Shown here: piece after piece, positions 62,045 through 64,000 of the stretch
How positions within the stretch are numbered: position 1 is the stretch's first letter
How the letters are laid out: each line of letters begins with the position of its first letter
Source: the human T2T-CHM13v2.0 reference genome, Homo sapiens
NCBI RefSeq assembly: GCF_009914755.1
Contig: NC_060935.1
Strand: one strand, 5' to 3'
DNA length: 64,000 nt
Translations under genes and position numbers: made by a program
Notes under the pieces: generated by a model
What the model was told of the DNA's origin: nothing
Databases searched by the model: none
Seen by the model: the letters and a program-made list of their open reading frames with translations, nothing else

Positions 62045-64000
62045 ACAGGTTCGTCTTTTAGTCTTTCTACTGCAGATACGAGCAGTTTACATACCAAAAT
62101 TACAGTGTTATAATATTCTGTGCTTTTCTGTGTACTTACTATTACCAGTGAGTTTTATATCTTCAGATGACTTCTTATTGCTCATTAGCATTCTTTTCTT
62201 TCAGATTGAAGAACTCTCGTTTGCATTTCTGGTAGGACAGGTCTGGTGTTGATGAACTCCCTCAGCTTTTGTTTGTCTGGGGAATTCGTTGTTTCTCCTT
62301 TATGTTTGAAGGATATTTTCACTGGATATACTATTCTAGTATTAAAGTTTTTTTCCTTCAGCACTGTAAATTTGTCCCACCACTCTCTCCTGGCCTTTAA
62401 GATTTCCACTGAAAAGTCTGCTCCTGGGCATATTAGAGCTCCATTGTATGTAATTTGTTTCTTTTCCCCTTGCTGCTTTTAGGGTCCTTTCTTTACCCTT
62501 GACCTTTGGGAGTTTGGTTATTAAGTGTCTCAAGGTACTTTTATTTGGGCTAAATCTGCTTGGTGTTCTACAACCTTCTTGTACTTAAATATTGATATCC
62601 TTTTCTAGGTTTGGAAAACTATCTGTTATCTCTTTATATAAACTTTCTACCCAGATCTATAAGGCCAATAACTCTTAGATTTCCCCCTTTGAGGCTATTT
62701 TCTAGATCTTGCAGTCATGCTTCCTTCTTCTTAATTCTTTTTTGTCTCCTCTGGCTGTGTATTTTCAAACAGCCTGTCTTGAAACTCACTAATTCTTTCT
62801 TCTGCTTGATCAGTTTTGCTAAGAGACAGCCGGGACTGGTGGCTGGTGCTTTATTTAGATCATTCGGTGAGGTCATGTTTTCCAGGATGGTCTTGATGCT
62901 TGTGGATGTTCATCGGTGTCTGGGCATTGAAGAATTAGGTATTTATTATAGTCTTCACAGTCTGGGCTTGTTTGTACCTGTCCTTCTTGGGAAGGATTTC
63001 CAGCCATTCGAAGGGACTTGGATGCTGTGATTTAAGTTTTTTATCACTGCAGCCGTATCTGCACTAGGGGAAACCCCAAGTCCAGTAATGTTGTGGCTCT
63101 TGCAGACTCAGAAGTAGTGCCTTAGTGGTCTTGGGTAAGATTTAGGAGAATTCCCTGGATTACCAGGCAGAGACTCTTGTTCTCATCCTTTACTTTCCCC
63201 CACAAATGAAGTCTCTCTCTCTCTGTACTGAACTTCCTGGAGCTGGGAGAGGGGTGACATAAGTTCCCCTGTGGTCACCACCACTGGGACTGTCCTGGGT
63301 CAGACCTGAAACAAACATAGCACTGGGTTTCACCCAAGGTCCACAGTGACCGTTGCTTGACTACCACTTAGGTTCACTCAAGACCCAAGAGATCTACAAT
63401 CAGCAGGTGGCAAATACAGCAGGCTTGTGTCCTTCCTTTTAGGGTGGTAAGGTCCCCCTGGCCCTGGGTGTGTCCAAAGATGCCACTGGGAGCCAGAGTC
63501 TGGAGCCAGGAACCTTAGAAATCTTATCTACTGCTGCTGAGCTGGCATCCAAGCCACAAAACAAAGTCCTTCCCCCTCTTCCCTCCCCTTTCCACAAACA
63601 GGAGTCTCTCTTCATGGCTACTGCTGCCCTGAGCCCGTGGCAAGTACTGCCAGGCTACCACCAATGTTCACTCAACGTCCAAGGGCTCTTCAATCAGCTT
63701 GCGGTGAATGCTGTGAGGCCCGGGACTCACCCTTCAGGGAAAAGGACTCCCCTCTGGCCCAGGGCAGGTCCAGAAATGCCATCCATGAGCCAAGACCTGG
63801 AACTGGGGACACCAAGAGCCTGCTTGGTGCTCTATCCCACTGTGGCTGAGCTGGTACCCAAGCTATAAGACAAAATGCCCTTTACTCCTCCGTCTTCTTT
63901 CTTCAAGTAGCCACCACAGCTAGGAATGTGCTGGGTCACATCTAAAGGCAACACAGCTCTGAGTTTTACCCAAGGCCCAGGAGGAATAATGCCTGGTTAC

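Overview
Repeat-rich primate genomic DNA (AluY and HERV-H imply a catarrhine; species and locus cannot be fixed from sequence alone). I see no convincing cellular protein-coding exon, CpG island, tRNA or rRNA. Almost all ORFs in the track are read-throughs of Alu, L1, LTR or simple repeats. The centrepiece is a nested insertion complex at about 44.3-52.0 kb: MIR > MER5A-type DNA transposon > a collapsed older ERV1 provirus (LTR, env-TM, LTR) > a two-LTR HERV-H provirus (45222-50754, TSD CCAAT). That provirus has a tRNA-Phe-like primer-binding site, a 334-codon open RT frame, no integrase, and an env in which the furin site and fusion peptide are replaced by a copy of the pre-LTR/PPT segment. 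Also present: about 44 Alus (two with the AluYd 12-bp deletion, one in a head-to-head pair only 29 bp apart), a MER61-like LTR with internal sequence, MST, MLT2 and MER1 elements, two long old L1s, U7 snRNA and Y3 RNA retrocopies, and a 185-bp 94%-identical local duplication carrying GATA and NF-E2/AP-1 motifs. Repeat subfamily names come from recalled consensus sequences and need Dfam/RepeatMasker confirmation. Boundaries of old repeats are approximate. I did not find a clearly new biological system; the findings are structural and evolutionary oddities plus candidate regulatory elements.
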